From contig QNBN01000002.1 in the NCBI GenBank assembly GCA_003645695.1, forward strand, positions 1 to 41,789: a stretch of DNA of 41,789 nucleotides, read 5' to 3'. The notes under the pieces are model-generated. The model had not been told where the DNA came from, made no database searches, and saw nothing but the letters and a program-made list of their open reading frames with translations. This document shows positions 10,203 through 20,814 of the stretch, piece by piece. A program made the position numbers and the translations under genes. The DNA comes from Spirochaetota bacterium (GTDB taxonomy: Bacteria; Spirochaetota; B62-G9). Every line of letters starts with the position of its first letter. Positions within the stretch are counted from its first letter, which is position 1.

Positions 10203-10388
10203 TTACCAGCTCGATTTTGTTACTCCTGGGATCATACCTTCACTAGCAAGTTTTCTAAAACATATTCTACACATCTCAAACTTTCTTAGGTATCCCCTTG
10301 GTCTACCACATATTTTACATCTGTTATAATAACGGCTTTTATATTTCTGAGTTTTTTGTGCCTTTGCAATTAATGATTTTTTAGCCAT
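10203..10388 (-). CDS. rpsZ: 30S ribosomal protein S14, short zinc-binding type (type Z)
   Basis: 61 aa with [22 protein letters not shown] (CxxC...CxxC) and a KSSW C-terminus. Confidence 0.93.
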   Translation of the reverse strand: MAKKSLIAKAQKTQKYKSRYYNRCKICGRPRGYLRKFEMCRICFRKLASEGMIPGVTKSSW

Positions 10389-10397
10389 TCTTCCCCC

Positions 10398-10949
10398 TTA
10401 TCTTTTATAAGGCATACCAAATTCTTCAAGTAATTTTCTGGCCTCTTCATCAGTTTTGGCCGATGTGCAAATTACAATATCCATCCCATGGATCTTTTCA
10501 ACCTTATCATAATCTATCTCTGGAAATATGATCTGTTCCTTAATTCCGATAGCAAAATTTCCTTTCCCATCAAAAGAATTATTAGATACTCCTCGAAAAT
10601 CTCTTACCCTTGGCAACGCTATATTTATAAATCGATCCAAAAACTCATACATCCTATCTCCCCTCAGGGTAACCTTACAACCGATTTCCATACCTTTTCT
10701 GACTTTAAAGGCCGCTACTGATTTTTTAGCCTTAGTTTTTACAGGTCTCTGACCGCTTATCATCATCATCTCTTCAAGAGCAGTTTCTAGATATTTTTTG
10801 TTTTCTATTGCATCACCAACACCCATATTCAGCACGATTTTTGTCAATTTCGGAACCTGCATAATATTCTTGTAATTAAACTCTTTAATCATTTTATCTA
10901 TGATTTCTTCTTTATACTTTTTCTGCAATCTTGGTACATACTTTTCCAT
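10398..10949 (-). CDS. rplE: 50S ribosomal protein L5
   Basis: L5 signature ([15 protein letters not shown]...[28 protein letters not shown]). Start moved to the ATG at 10949 after GAGGAA. The track's TTG sits in the RBS. Confidence 0.94.
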   Translation of the reverse strand: MEKYVPRLQKKYKEEIIDKMIKEFNYKNIMQVPKLTKIVLNMGVGDAIENKKYLETALEEMMMISGQRPVKTKAKKSVAAFKVRKGMEIGCKVTLRGDRMYEFLDRFINIALPRVRDFRGVSNNSFDGKGNFAIGIKEQIIFPEIDYDKVEKIHGMDIVICTSAKTDEEARKLLEEFGMPYKR

Positions 10950-10975
10950 TCTATTCCTCAACTAATATCAAGATT

Positions 10976-11299
10976 TTATACTTTATCTAATATTTCACCG
11001 CATTTTCTGCACGTTCTTACCTTTTTACCATCATCAAGCATCTTCTTTTTAACCCTAATTGGCTCTCCGCATTTCGGGCATACAACCATTACATTTGATA
11101 TGTGTATTGGAGCCTCTAATTCTACAATGCCCCCCTTTTGATTCTGTTGATCAGGTCTTTTTGCCTTTTTAACGATATTTAGACCTTCTACAACCACACG
11201 CATCTTCTTTTTATCGACATGTAGTACTCTTCCAGTCCTACCCTTATCCTTCCCTGTAAGGACTTTTACTTTATCATTTTTTTTAACAGTAAATACCAT
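10976..11299 (-). CDS. rplX: 50S ribosomal protein L24 (cysteine-containing form)
   Basis: [24 protein letters not shown] motif. C-terminal CPKCG...CRKCG. Start set to the ATG at 11299. Confidence 0.93.
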   Translation of the reverse strand: MVFTVKKNDKVKVLTGKDKGRTGRVLHVDKKKMRVVVEGLNIVKKAKRPDQQNQKGGIVELEAPIHISNVMVVCPKCGEPIRVKKKMLDDGKKVRTCRKCGEILDKV

Positions 11300-11311
11300 A
11301 TTACCCACCCT

Positions 11312-11680
11312 TTAAAGAACTTCCGGAGCAAGTGAAACAATTTTCATAAAATTTTTATCTCTAAGCTCTCTTGCTACCGGCCCAAATATTCTAGTACCCC
11401 TTGGATTTAACTGATTGTCAACTACAACAGCTGCGTTTTCATCAAACTTTATATAACTACCATCAGTCCTTCTAATTTCCTTTTTTGTCCTGACAACTAC
11501 TGCCTTAACTTTATCCCCTTTTTTAATTGGTGCATTCGGCATTGCATTTTTAACAGAGCATACAATTATATCTCCAACCGAAGCATATCTTCTTCTCGAT
11601 CCACCCAATACCTTTATGCAGAGTAACTTTTTAGCTCCGCTATTATCCGCCACGTTTAGATATGTTTCCGTTTGTATCAT
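11312..11680 (-). CDS. rplN: 50S ribosomal protein L14
   Basis: [27 protein letters not shown] is canonical L14. Confidence 0.96.
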   Translation of the reverse strand: MIQTETYLNVADNSGAKKLLCIKVLGGSRRRYASVGDIIVCSVKNAMPNAPIKKGDKVKAVVVRTKKEIRRTDGSYIKFDENAAVVVDNQLNPRGTRIFGPVARELRDKNFMKIVSLAPEVL

Positions 11681-11812
11681 TTTGATTCCTCTTCATTCTA
11701 TTAGAGATACATTCTCTTATTAATTAACAAAAACAAATGATAATTTTCATATCAATCTTCACTAACAAATTTTAACTTTTTATAAAAAATATTTTTTATA
11801 TTTACAACTACA

Positions 11813-12079
11813 CTATTTGGCTTTTTCAACTATTTTAACGAACTTCCAACTTTTCTCTTTACTAATAGGTCTGGTTTCAACAAAACTTATTACATCTCCG
11901 ATATTGCATTCATTATTCTCATCGTGGACTTTATATTTCTTAGTCCTTTTAACATATTTTTTATATTTAGAGTGTTTTTTAAGTGTTTCAACTACCACCA
12001 CAACAGTTTTATCCATCCTATTACTCACAACCACCCCATAATGCATTCTTTGTTTTGTTTCGACCTTTATATCACTCAA
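11813..12079 (-). CDS. rpsQ: 30S ribosomal protein S17
   Basis: [39 protein letters not shown], typical S17. TTG start 7 nt after GGAG. Confidence 0.94.
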   Translation of the reverse strand: MSDIKVETKQRMHYGVVVSNRMDKTVVVVVETLKKHSKYKKYVKRTKKYKVHDENNECNIGDVISFVETRPISKEKSWKFVKIVEKAK

Positions 12080-12148
12080 TTCAAAACTCCATCTATCAAA
12101 ATTTCTCTAAAAGCCTTAGAGTATTTAAGATTTTCCTTTTATTTTATA

Positions 12149-12355
12149 CTATTTATTTTCTTTTCTCATTCCCAATTCATACTCTCTTAAAATAGTGTTA
12201 ACCCTTGCAATTTCTCTTCGTGTTTCCCTTATTTTAAGTGTATTTTCAAGTTGACCCATTAGTTTATTAAATCTAAAGACTCTGTAATCTTTAATCAACT
12301 TCTCTCTATATTCATTTAATTCATCAACAGTCATTTCTTTTAAGTTTGCTTTCAT
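12149..12355 (-). CDS. rpmC: 50S ribosomal protein L29
   Basis: MKANLKEMTVDELNEYREKL...RREIARVNTIL, typical L29. Start set to the ATG at 12355, 7 nt after GGAG. Confidence 0.92.
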   Translation of the reverse strand: MKANLKEMTVDELNEYREKLIKDYRVFRFNKLMGQLENTLKIRETRREIARVNTILREYELGMRKENK

Positions 12356-12400
12356 ATACAAGCTCCACTATTTAATTCCAATTATGATCCATATCTATCT

Positions 12401-12814
12401 CTATATTGCCATTCGACTAACAAATTTTGTCTTTATAGGTAACTTATGTGATGCCAATCTAAACGCTTCTCTTGCAACATCCTCTCTTACACCCGCAACC
12501 TCAAACATAATTCTTCCAGGTTTTACTACTGCCACCCAGTATTCAGGCATTCCCTTGCCCTTGCCCATACGAGTTTCTGCAGGTTTTTTGGTATATGGCA
12601 TGTCAGGAAATATCCTTATCCAGACCTTTCCTCCTCTTTTAATATATCTGGTTAAAGCAACTCTAGCTGCCTCTATCTGCCTGTTAGAAATCCATGCCGG
12701 CTCAAGTGCTGATAGTCCATATTCACCAAATGCCACGGTATGTCCCCTTGTAGCAATTCCTCTCATTCTTCCTCTTTGCTTTTTTCTATACTTTACTCTG
12801 TTGGGTTGTAACAT
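12401..12814 (-). CDS. rplP: 50S ribosomal protein L16
   Basis: [19 protein letters not shown] is canonical L16. Confidence 0.96.
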   Translation of the reverse strand: MLQPNRVKYRKKQRGRMRGIATRGHTVAFGEYGLSALEPAWISNRQIEAARVALTRYIKRGGKVWIRIFPDMPYTKKPAETRMGKGKGMPEYWVAVVKPGRIMFEVAGVREDVAREAFRLASHKLPIKTKFVSRMAI

Positions 12815-12863
12815 ATCAAATCCCCTGGTTCAATTTGATAATCAATATTTTATCGATTGTAAA

Positions 12864-13547
12864 TTATACAGCAGCAGGTTTTTTCTTTCTAATTAAAACA
12901 CCCGCATCTTGTTGTTTTTCTTTTTTAAATACTTCACCTTTATATATCCATACTTTAACACCGATTGTCCCAAAGGTTGTTTTTGCCTCAGCAAATCCAT
13001 AATCAATATCAGCCCTAAAAGTATGAAGTGGAACCATACCTTCCATATAATGTTCAGTTCTTGCCATTTCAGCTCCGCCCAATCTACCAGCTACAGAAAT
13101 TTTGATTCCCCTTGCCCCAGCCTGCATAGCTGAAGATATTGCCTTTTTCATAGCCCTTCTAAAAGAAATACGACCTTCAAGCTGTCTTGCTACTCCTTGA
13201 GCAACCAACTCAGCATCAAGTTCTGGAACTTTGATTTCCTTTATCTTTATCTGTATTGCTTTATCAGTATATTTGGAAATCTCTTTACTCAGATTCTCAA
13301 CCTCTACTCCTTTTCTTCCTATCACTATACCAGGCCTTGCTGTATGTATAATGACATTCATCTTTTCAGGATACCTGATTATTTCAACATGAGATACCTC
13401 ACCATTCTTTAGCTTATTCTTTACGTGAGTTCTTATTTTAAGGTCTTCTTGCAAATTCTTCGCGTAATCTTTTTTAGAATACCATCTTGATTCCCATGAT
13501 CTTATAATGCCAAGCCTTAGACCTATTGGGTTAACTTTTTGACCCAT
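12864..13547 (-). CDS. rpsC: 30S ribosomal protein S3
   Basis: [23 protein letters not shown] is canonical S3, with KH and S3-C regions. Confidence 0.96.
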   Translation of the reverse strand: MGQKVNPIGLRLGIIRSWESRWYSKKDYAKNLQEDLKIRTHVKNKLKNGEVSHVEIIRYPEKMNVIIHTARPGIVIGRKGVEVENLSKEISKYTDKAIQIKIKEIKVPELDAELVAQGVARQLEGRISFRRAMKKAISSAMQAGARGIKISVAGRLGGAEMARTEHYMEGMVPLHTFRADIDYGFAEAKTTFGTIGVKVWIYKGEVFKKEKQQDAGVLIRKKKPAAV

Positions 13548-13560
13548 CTAATCCTCCACT

Positions 13561-13908
13561 TTATTTCTCTATTTCTTTACCTGAAACAACAACTTTAATA
13601 TGGCAGGTCCGTTTTCTTATACGATCTGCCCTACCCCTTGCTCTGGGGATCCATCTTTTTAGAGTTGGTCCCTCATTAACAATGATGCTTTCAATCTTTA
13701 TCGTTTCTTCATCTATATTTTTTGCTTTTTCCATAAGATTCGAAACTGCCGATTTAATAACTTTTCTAAGTGATCTAGCCCCTCTAGCTGTTATTATACC
13801 AAGAGCTGCATCTGCTTCTCTGAAAGGCATTTCTTTAATGACTTTGCTGTATTTATTTACCTTTCTTGGTGAAACACGAACATATTTTGAAATAGCCTGA
13901 GCTATCAT
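13561..13908 (-). CDS. rplV: 50S ribosomal protein L22
   Basis: AQAISKYVRVSPRKVN...RARGRADRIRKRTCHIKVVV, typical L22. Confidence 0.95.
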   Translation of the reverse strand: MIAQAISKYVRVSPRKVNKYSKVIKEMPFREADAALGIITARGARSLRKVIKSAVSNLMEKAKNIDEETIKIESIIVNEGPTLKRWIPRARGRADRIRKRTCHIKVVVSGKEIEK

Positions 13909-13919
13909 TTCAGTCCCCT

Positions 13920-14201
13920 TTATCTAACTCTCGAAGATTTTTCAGATCCCGCATGACCTTTAAATGTTCTTGTAGGAGCAAACTCTCCTAACTTATGCCC
14001 TACCATATTCTCTGTCACATAAACAGGGAAAAACTTTTTACCGTTGTAAACATTAAATGTCTGACCTACCATTTCAGGGAATATCGTTGATCTTCGCGAC
14101 CATGTTTTTATAATCTTCTTCTCATTCTTCTTGTTTAACTCAATAACTTTTTTATAAAGCTTTTTATCAATATAAGGTCCTTTTTTTATCGATCGAGACA
14201 A
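13920..14201 (-). CDS. rpsS: 30S ribosomal protein S19
   Basis: [11 protein letters not shown]...[33 protein letters not shown], typical S19. TTG start after GGAGG. Confidence 0.95.
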   Translation of the reverse strand: MSRSIKKGPYIDKKLYKKVIELNKKNEKKIIKTWSRRSTIFPEMVGQTFNVYNGKKFFPVYVTENMVGHKLGEFAPTRTFKGHAGSEKSSRVR

Positions 14202-14211
14202 TTACTCCCTC

Positions 14212-15039
14212 CTATTTCTTTCTTCTGCTTATAATATATTTATCAGATAGTTTTTTCTTCTTTCTAGTTTTATACCCTTTAGTTGGTTTACCCCATGGTG
14301 TAACAGGATGCCTTCCACCAGAAGTTCTTCCCTCTCCACCTCCATGCGGATGATCAACGGGATTCATAGCTACGCCTCTTACCTTAGGCCTTCTGCCAAG
14401 CCATCTTGACCTACCCGCTTTACCTAATGAAACATTTAAATGATCTTGATTACCTAGCTGCCCAACTGTTGCATAACATCTTTCATTTACTATTCTTGTT
14501 TCGCCGGATGGCAACCTCAATATACAATGCTTACCTTCTTTTCCAACTATTTGAGCAAAAGCCCCAGCCGAACGTGCCATTTGCCCTCCTCTCCCAGGAT
14601 ACAGCTCAACATTGTGAACTATAGTACCCACCGGCATACTACCAAGCGGCATAGCATTACCAACTTTAACCTTGATAGATTCCCCTGCAATAATCTTATC
14701 ACCTATATTAAGACCTTCAGGGTGAAGTATATATCTTTTTTCCCCATCTAAGTAACTTACAAGTGCTATCCACGCACTTCTATTCGGATCATACTCTATG
14801 GTTACTACTTTAGCTTCTATATTCCTCTTATCTCTTTTAAAATCAATAATTCTATATAGTTTTTTTGCACCACCACCTCTTCTCCTCAGTGTGATACGAC
14901 CATAGTTATTTCTTCCGCTTATCCTTTTTTTGCCTATTGTTAAAGGTTTATATGGCTCTTCATCTGTAACCTTATCCTTTACTACTACTGAAAAAAACCT
15001 TCTTCCCGGTGTTATAGGTTTATACTTCTTTATTGACAT
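14212..15039 (-). CDS. rplB: 50S ribosomal protein L2
   Basis: 275 aa with GRNNYGRIT...[14 protein letters not shown], the L2 signature. Confidence 0.97.
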   Translation of the reverse strand: MSIKKYKPITPGRRFFSVVVKDKVTDEEPYKPLTIGKKRISGRNNYGRITLRRRGGGAKKLYRIIDFKRDKRNIEAKVVTIEYDPNRSAWIALVSYLDGEKRYILHPEGLNIGDKIIAGESIKVKVGNAMPLGSMPVGTIVHNVELYPGRGGQMARSAGAFAQIVGKEGKHCILRLPSGETRIVNERCYATVGQLGNQDHLNVSLGKAGRSRWLGRRPKVRGVAMNPVDHPHGGGEGRTSGGRHPVTPWGKPTKGYKTRKKKKLSDKYIISRRKK

Positions 15040-15068
15040 AGTTTAATTTCTCCACTGGTTAATATTAA

Positions 15069-15353
15069 CTAAACGCTTTCAAAAAGCTCAATTTTTTGGC
15101 CTTTTTTTATTGTCACTATTGCCTTTTTCCAAGATGATGTATAACCCAGCTTGTATCTCTCCCTCTTCTTCTTTCCTCTAACATTTATTATATTGCAGGA
15201 TACAGGATCTACATCAAAGATCTCCTTAACCTGCTGCATAATTTCTTTTTTATTCGCTCTTCTATCAACCTTGAAACAGTATTTACCGTCTTCCTGCATT
15301 GCTGTTGATTTCTCTGTAATAATAGGATGTATGATAATATCTCCCTTTTTCAT
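15069..15353 (-). CDS. rplW: 50S ribosomal protein L23
   Basis: IIHPIITEKS...KKAIVTIKKGQKIE, typical L23. Start set to the ATG at 15353 after AGGTG. Confidence 0.93.
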   Translation of the reverse strand: MKKGDIIIHPIITEKSTAMQEDGKYCFKVDRRANKKEIMQQVKEIFDVDPVSCNIINVRGKKKRERYKLGYTSSWKKAIVTIKKGQKIELFESV

Positions 15354-15376
15354 GTTTAACACCTATCTATTTTTTT

Positions 15377-16027
15377 CTATGCCTTCTTTGTAGTTACCTT
15401 AGAATATTTTTCGTTGATACGTTTCACAGCACTTTCTGTCAAAATAAGCTGAGTTGAATAGTAAAGATCTTTGCTGTTTAATGTATCTGCATTATAGTAC
15501 ATGACCCATGGTATATTTTTTGATGCTCTCTTATTTAGCTCATTTATGTTATAGTCAATGAAAATAACCCTTTTTCTATCATCTTCATTCGTAAATCTAT
15601 TTGCGATAGAATAAAAATCCCTGGTTTTACTTGAATCAACTTTAAAATCTTCAACAACCTTTATTTTATTGTCCCTAAGTTTTTGAGATAGTATGGATTT
15701 TATTGACAACCTTCTCATTTTTTTTGGTAACTTGACGGTATAATCCCTCGGTTTCGGTCCAAATACCGTACCTCCACCTATCCAAACAGGACTTCTTCTG
15801 CTTCCAGCCCTTGCCCTACCTGTACCTTTTTGTCTCCATGGTTTTGCCCCACTTCCTGATACTTCCGATCTTCCTTTTGTACTTGCCGTTCCCTGCCTTT
15901 TATTAGCATGCTCAGCTTTTAAAGCATAGTAGATAACTGATTTATTAGGTTTGATTCCAAAAACATCATCACTGAGCTCTATTTGCCCTTTCTCATTACC
16001 ATTTATATCATATAACGTTACATTCAT
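15377..16027 (-). CDS. rplD: 50S ribosomal protein L4
   Basis: SGSGAKPWRQKGTGRARAGSRRSPVWIGGG is the L4 signature. The ATG at 16027 gives MNVTLYDINGNEKG, like other L4 N-termini. No convincing SD upstream. The track's GTG at 16039 is possible. Confidence 0.92.
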   Translation of the reverse strand: MNVTLYDINGNEKGQIELSDDVFGIKPNKSVIYYALKAEHANKRQGTASTKGRSEVSGSGAKPWRQKGTGRARAGSRRSPVWIGGGTVFGPKPRDYTVKLPKKMRRLSIKSILSQKLRDNKIKVVEDFKVDSSKTRDFYSIANRFTNEDDRKRVIFIDYNINELNKRASKNIPWVMYYNADTLNSKDLYYSTQLILTESAVKRINEKYSKVTTKKA

Positions 16028-16250
16028 TTTTTTACTCACATTTAAGAGAGATTGTTTTTTTACTAAATTATATTTAATTTTATAGGTTTTATTCTCCCCT
16101 ATATAATTTATCTTGCATATAACCTTACTTTGTAGGGGAAGTGAATTATAAATTGCTCTTTTTAAATATTTTTTAAATTAGTAGGAACTTAGCAATCCTA
16201 CAAGATATCAAAAATCAAAACTCAAAATTCAGCTTATATCTTACCGAAAA

Positions 16251-16559
16251 CTACTGCTTAATTTCTACATCCACCCCTGCTGGGAGTTCAAGTTTCATCA
16301 ATGCGTTTATTGTTTCACTTGTTGGGTTTATTATATCAATAAGTCTCTTATGCGTTCTCATTTCAAACTGTTCCCTCGATTTTTTGTTTACATGCGGAGA
16401 ACGCAGAACAGTAAACTTATTTATCTTAGTAGGTAGAGGTATAGGGCCTGAGACCTTAGCCCCGGCCCTTATTACCGCATTTACTATTGATTTTGCTGAT
16501 TGATCTATTAATTCGGCATCAAAAGCCCTTAATTTGACGCGTATTTTCTGAATATCCAT
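16251..16559 (-). CDS. rpsJ: 30S ribosomal protein S10
   Basis: [21 protein letters not shown]...[22 protein letters not shown] is canonical S10. Confidence 0.96.
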   Translation of the reverse strand: MDIQKIRVKLRAFDAELIDQSAKSIVNAVIRAGAKVSGPIPLPTKINKFTVLRSPHVNKKSREQFEMRTHKRLIDIINPTSETINALMKLELPAGVDVEIKQ

Positions 16560-16567
16560 GATTACCC

Positions 16568-17758
16568 CTACTCAATAATTTCTGTTACTGCACCAGCGCC
16601 AACGGTACGTCCACCTTCTCTGATAGCAAACCTCATACCTTTTTCAAGAGCTACTGTGTGAATAAGCTCTATTTCCATCTCAATATTATCACCAGGCATT
16701 ACCATTTCTACCCCTTCAGGGAGTTTTATAACACCTGTGACATCGGTTGTTCTAATATAAATCTGTGGTCTGTATCCACTAAAGAAAGGTGTGTGTCTTC
16801 CACCTTCTTCCTTTGTCAATACATAAACCTGTGCTTTAAACTTCTTATGCGGAGTTATGGAACCTGGCTTTGCCAGAACCTGTCCTCTTTCAACCTCTTC
16901 CCTTTTAATTCCTCTTAAGAGAACACCAATGTTATCCCCGGCCTGACCCTCATCAAGGATCTTCCTGAACATTTCAATACCGGTAGCAACAGTTTTCACA
17001 GTTGGTCTTATCCCAACAATTTCTACTTCATCATTAACATGGATGACCCCCCTTTCAACTCTACCTGTTACAACTGTACCTCTTCCAGAAATTGTAAAAA
17101 CATCCTCTATCGGCATGAGGAAAGGTTTATCAATCTCTCTCTTTGGTTCAGGGATATAAGTATCAAGAGCATCCAAAAGTTCTTGTATACTCTTTGTTGC
17201 TTCAGGATCCGTTGGGTTCTCCATCGCTTTTAATGCACTACCTTTAATAACAGGCACTTCTTCTCCAGGAAACTCATACTCTGTTAGAAGATCTCTTACT
17301 TCCATTTCAACAAGCTCAAGTAGCTCAGGATCATCTACTCTGTCAATTTTATTCAGATAAACGATCATAGCAGGGACACCAACCTGCCTTGCTAAAAGTA
17401 TATGTTCCCTTGTTTGAGCCATTGGTCCATCATCGGCAGCCACAACAAGAATAGCACCATCCATCTGCGCTGCACCGGTGATCATATTCTTTACATAATC
17501 AGCGTGACCGGGGCAGTCAACATGTGCATAATGCCTTTTATCAGTCTCATACTCTACATGCTGAGTAGCAATAGTAATACCTCTTTCTCTTTCCTCTGGA
17601 GCATTGTCAATCTCTTCAAACTTTTTAGCCTCTGATAAACCCTTATTTGCCAGATACAGGGTAATAGCAGATGTAAGTGTGGTTTTACCATGATCAACGT
17701 GTCCAATTGTACCCACATTTACATGAGGCTTTGTCCTTTGGAATTTCTCTTTTGCCAT
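16568..17758 (-). CDS. tuf: Elongation factor Tu
   Basis: 396 aa with [18 protein letters not shown] and NKID G-motifs. GAGGAGG RBS. Confidence 0.98.
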   Translation of the reverse strand: MAKEKFQRTKPHVNVGTIGHVDHGKTTLTSAITLYLANKGLSEAKKFEEIDNAPEERERGITIATQHVEYETDKRHYAHVDCPGHADYVKNMITGAAQMDGAILVVAADDGPMAQTREHILLARQVGVPAMIVYLNKIDRVDDPELLELVEMEVRDLLTEYEFPGEEVPVIKGSALKAMENPTDPEATKSIQELLDALDTYIPEPKREIDKPFLMPIEDVFTISGRGTVVTGRVERGVIHVNDEVEIVGIRPTVKTVATGIEMFRKILDEGQAGDNIGVLLRGIKREEVERGQVLAKPGSITPHKKFKAQVYVLTKEEGGRHTPFFSGYRPQIYIRTTDVTGVIKLPEGVEMVMPGDNIEMEIELIHTVALEKGMRFAIREGGRTVGAGAVTEIIE

Positions 17759-17830
17759 TTATTCCTCCTCTTCGATCTTTATTCCTTGGAATTATTTCTC
17801 TATAAAGTAAAAATGTTTTAGAGCTACAAG

Positions 17831-17859
17831 AAATTACTAAAAAATAGCAAAAATATCAA
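17831..17859 (-). promoter_or_regulatory. Candidate sigma70-type promoter for tuf (TTGATA-17-TAATTT)
   Basis: Minus strand reads AAAATATTGATA, a 17-nt spacer, then TAATTT, about 70 nt upstream of the tuf ATG. The A/T-rich upstream flank resembles the one at the rpsL promoter candidate. Confidence 0.35.
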
Positions 17860-17933
17860 TATTTTTTTTATAATCAATATTTATAGTCAGATGTTTTTTT
17901 AAAAAAACATTCAATAATTTTATTAATAAATAG

Positions 17934-17997
17934 ATAGACAATCAGATTTAATGTTTTAAAAAATTAACGTTGTCTATTCGTTTTATACCCTATAAAG
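17934..17997 (-). repeat. Partial copy (D) of the intergenic repeat: right-hand module plus hairpin, in the fusA-tuf spacer
   Basis: The 16-mer GGTATAAAACGAATAG (minus strand) is identical to copy A (plus 17974-17989 vs 21525-21540). It is followed by an ATAGACAA / TTGTCTAT 8-bp hairpin (17970-17977 with 17934-17941). Confidence 0.55.
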
Positions 17998-18015
17998 AAA
18001 CCAATTATACAATTT

Positions 18016-20106
18016 CTAATTAGTTATCTTAGACTTAATGCCAAGAATAATTCCATCTTGAACACTCTTTGGTACTTCGCTGTAATGTGAAAACTTCATT
18101 GAATAATTTGCCCTACCCTGGCTATGTGACCTTAGCTGAGTAGCATACCCAAACATCTCTTTTAATGGTGCTTCCGCAACCACCATTTTGCCGTGTTGGC
18201 GATCCTCAAATCCAAGTATCTTTCCTCTCCTTGAAGAGATGTCTTTTATTATATCACCCATGTATTCCTCCGGGGTTACAACTTCAACCAACATTATCGG
18301 CTCTAATATAATTGGTTTAGCCTTTTTCATCCCCTCTCTAAAGGCATTCATTGCTGCAATTTTAAAGGCCAGTTCAGAAGAATCAACCTCATGATAGGAT
18401 CCATCCAAAAGAATTGCTTTAAAATCTATTACAGGATAGCCTGCTAATACACCATTATCCGCGGCTTCTCTAATTCCTTCCTCTACAGCCGGGATATACT
18501 CCTTTGGTACCCTACCACCAACTACTTTATTTTCGAATACAATTCCTGCCCCAGGGTCAAGAGGCTCAAATCGAACTATAACATGACCATACTGCCCGTG
18601 GCCACCAGATTGCTTTATATGTTTACCTTCAACTTCTGATGAGGATGTTATTGTTTCTCTGTAGGCAACCTCAGGTTCTCCTACAGATGCATCTACCTTA
18701 AATTCCCTTATAAGTCTATCCACAATTATCTCTAAATGAAGCTCTCCCATCCCTGAAATAATAGTTTGCCCTGTCTCTTCATCAGTTCTAACCTTAAATG
18801 TAGGATCCTCTTCCGCCAGCTTAGATAAAGCCATAGAAAGTTTATCCTGATCACTATTAGTTTTTGGCTCAATCGCAACAGATATAACAGGTTCTGGAAA
18901 ATCCATCTCTTCTAAAACAATAGGATCCTTCAAATCACTAAGTGTATCTCCTGTGGTTACCGTTTTTAATCCAATCGCAGCAACGATATCCCCGGCAAAG
19001 ACCTCTTTTCGATCCTGCTTCTTGTTAGCATGCATCTGCACAAGACGACCAATACGCTCTTTCCTATCCTTACCAGAATTATACACTGTATCTCCGACTG
19101 AAATATATCCAGAATAAACCCTGAAAAACGCCAATTTTCCAACAAATGGATCAGTCATTATTTTAAAGACCAGTGCTGAAAAGGGTTCATCATCTGAAGC
19201 CTTTCTTATTACTGTTTCACCTGTCTTAACCGATATTCCTTCAACTGGCGGAATATCAACAGGTGATGGTAAATAATCAACTACTGCATCAAGTAGCTTT
19301 TGAACACCTTTATTTTTAAAAGCCGATCCTACAAGTACAGGAAAAAGTTGGTTTGCAATAGTTGCTTTTCTTAAAACTTGTTTAATCTTTTTATCAGATA
19401 CATCCTTACCTTCTAAAAAACTCTCCATTATCTCATCATCATAGTCACTAACAATCTCTATAAGCTTTTCTCTGTATTCCTCAGCAATATTTGCATAATC
19501 ATCGGGAATATCAACTTCCCTATATGTCTGTCCTAAATCACTATCATCCCAGATAACCGCTTTCATACTAACAAGATCAATAACCCCCTCAAACCCTTCT
19601 TCTTTCCCTAAAGGTATTTGAACAGGTACTGCCCTTGCGCCTAATCTTTTACTAATCATTGTTAATACATTTTCAAAATTAGCGCCCCTTCTGTCCATTT
19701 TATTAATAAAAATAATTCTAGGAACTTTATATTTGTTAGCCTGCATCCACACCGTTTCTGACTGTGGTTCAACCCCAGCTACAGCACAGAAAACCACAAC
19801 CGCTCCATCCAAAACCCTCAGGCTTCTCTCTACCTCAACTGTAAAATCAACATGTCCTGGGGTATCGATAATATTAACCCTATGATCCTTCCAATAAAAA
19901 GTAGTAGATGCACTTGTGATGGTTATACCTCTTTCCTTTTCCTGCTCCATCCAATCCATCTCAGCCTGGCCATCATGTACCTCACCGATTTTATGTTTCT
20001 TTCCAGTATAATAAAGCATTCTTTCGGTAAGTGTAGTTTTCCCTGCATCTATATGCGCCATTATACCAATGTTTCTATTTTTCTCTATGCTATACATTCT
20101 ACCCAT
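18016..20106 (-). CDS. fusA: Elongation factor G
   Basis: 696 aa with AHIDAGKTT and DTPGHVDF, full EF-G domain order. Confidence 0.98.
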   Translation of the reverse strand: MGRMYSIEKNRNIGIMAHIDAGKTTLTERMLYYTGKKHKIGEVHDGQAEMDWMEQEKERGITITSASTTFYWKDHRVNIIDTPGHVDFTVEVERSLRVLDGAVVVFCAVAGVEPQSETVWMQANKYKVPRIIFINKMDRRGANFENVLTMISKRLGARAVPVQIPLGKEEGFEGVIDLVSMKAVIWDDSDLGQTYREVDIPDDYANIAEEYREKLIEIVSDYDDEIMESFLEGKDVSDKKIKQVLRKATIANQLFPVLVGSAFKNKGVQKLLDAVVDYLPSPVDIPPVEGISVKTGETVIRKASDDEPFSALVFKIMTDPFVGKLAFFRVYSGYISVGDTVYNSGKDRKERIGRLVQMHANKKQDRKEVFAGDIVAAIGLKTVTTGDTLSDLKDPIVLEEMDFPEPVISVAIEPKTNSDQDKLSMALSKLAEEDPTFKVRTDEETGQTIISGMGELHLEIIVDRLIREFKVDASVGEPEVAYRETITSSSEVEGKHIKQSGGHGQYGHVIVRFEPLDPGAGIVFENKVVGGRVPKEYIPAVEEGIREAADNGVLAGYPVIDFKAILLDGSYHEVDSSELAFKIAAMNAFREGMKKAKPIILEPIMLVEVVTPEEYMGDIIKDISSRRGKILGFEDRQHGKMVVAEAPLKEMFGYATQLRSHSQGRANYSMKFSHYSEVPKSVQDGIILGIKSKITN

Positions 20107-20135
20107 TTTGTTTAAAACTGTCTCCCTTTTAACTA

Positions 20136-20606
20136 TTACCAGCGATAATGAGCAAAAGCCTTGTTAGCCTCTGCCATCTTCCTGGTATCTTCCTTTTTCT
20201 TAATTGATGCACCGGTATTATTATAAGCATCCAACAATTCATCTGCTAATTTCTCGCTCATGCTCTTACCGGTCCTTGCTCGCGCGAAACCTATTATCCA
20301 TCGAATCGCCAGAGCTACCTTCCTTTCAGGCCTTACTTCTATAGGAACCTGATATGTAGCACCACCAACCCGTCTTGACTTAACCTCTAGCTCTGGTTTC
20401 ACATTTTCTATAGCCTTATTGAAAACTTCAATCGCTGGCTTTTTAAGCCTCTCTTCAATAATTTCAAAGGCATTATATAGGAGTTTTTGAGCTACACTCT
20501 TCTTGCCATCCCACATAAGGCTATTTATAAACTTTGAAACCAGCAACGAATTGTATTTAGGATCCGGAACTAAATAATTCTTCTTTGCATAATGTCTTCT
20601 TGGCAC
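20136..20606 (-). CDS. rpsG: 30S ribosomal protein S7
   Basis: [15 protein letters not shown]...[17 protein letters not shown]...AFAHYRW, typical S7. GTG start 5 nt after GAGGTG. Confidence 0.96.
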   Translation of the reverse strand: MPRRHYAKKNYLVPDPKYNSLLVSKFINSLMWDGKKSVAQKLLYNAFEIIEERLKKPAIEVFNKAIENVKPELEVKSRRVGGATYQVPIEVRPERKVALAIRWIIGFARARTGKSMSEKLADELLDAYNNTGASIKKKEDTRKMAEANKAFAHYRW

Positions 20607-20620
20607 TTTATCACCTCATA

Positions 20621-20652
20621 CAAAAAATTAGCCGGTTTGCGCAGAAACCGGC
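20621..20652 (-). terminator. Intrinsic-terminator-like hairpin abutting the rpsG RBS
   Basis: Minus-strand RNA is GCCGGUUU-CUGCGC-AAACCGGC followed by UAAUUUUUUG. An 8-bp GC-rich stem in otherwise AT-rich DNA. The U-tract ends 14 nt before the rpsG GTG. Confidence 0.6.
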
Positions 20653-20653
20653 C

Positions 20654-20700
20654 CCACCAAGGGACCTATCCAACCCATGTTGGTGGTTTCACCTAGGTTA
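20654..20700 (-). promoter_or_regulatory. GC-rich structured leader element upstream of rpsG (hairpin CCACCAA/UUGGUGG with a possible pseudoknot)
   Basis: Minus-strand ACCUAGGUGAAACCACCAACAUGGGUUGGAUAGGUCCCUUGGUGG. The 7-bp stem is 20654-20660 with 20680-20686. Loop UAGGU can pair with upstream ACCUA. It directly adjoins the terminator hairpin. Confidence 0.45.
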
Positions 20701-20785
20701 CTTACAGTTAATGTTATTTTTATAATACGTATTTAACTGCTATTCTATTTTAAGTTAAATATTTACTAAATGAATTACCCCCATT

Positions 20786-20814
20786 TATATACTAAATCTT
20801 TTATGAAATGGCAA
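20786..20814 (-). promoter_or_regulatory. Candidate promoter inside the rpsL-rpsG spacer (TTGCCA-17-TATATA)
   Basis: Hexamers with 17-nt spacing on the minus strand, about 85 nt upstream of the GC-rich element. AT-rich context makes false positives likely. Confidence 0.3.

Noticed and set aside
20685-20690. A clean antiterminator/terminator switch in the rpsG leader (GAAACC competing with AAACCGGC for GGUUUC)
   Set aside because: The alternative pairing is only 4-6 bp and either needs a 6-nt bulge or must break the base of the first hairpin. It is too weak to assert from sequence alone, so it is mentioned only as a possibility within the finding.
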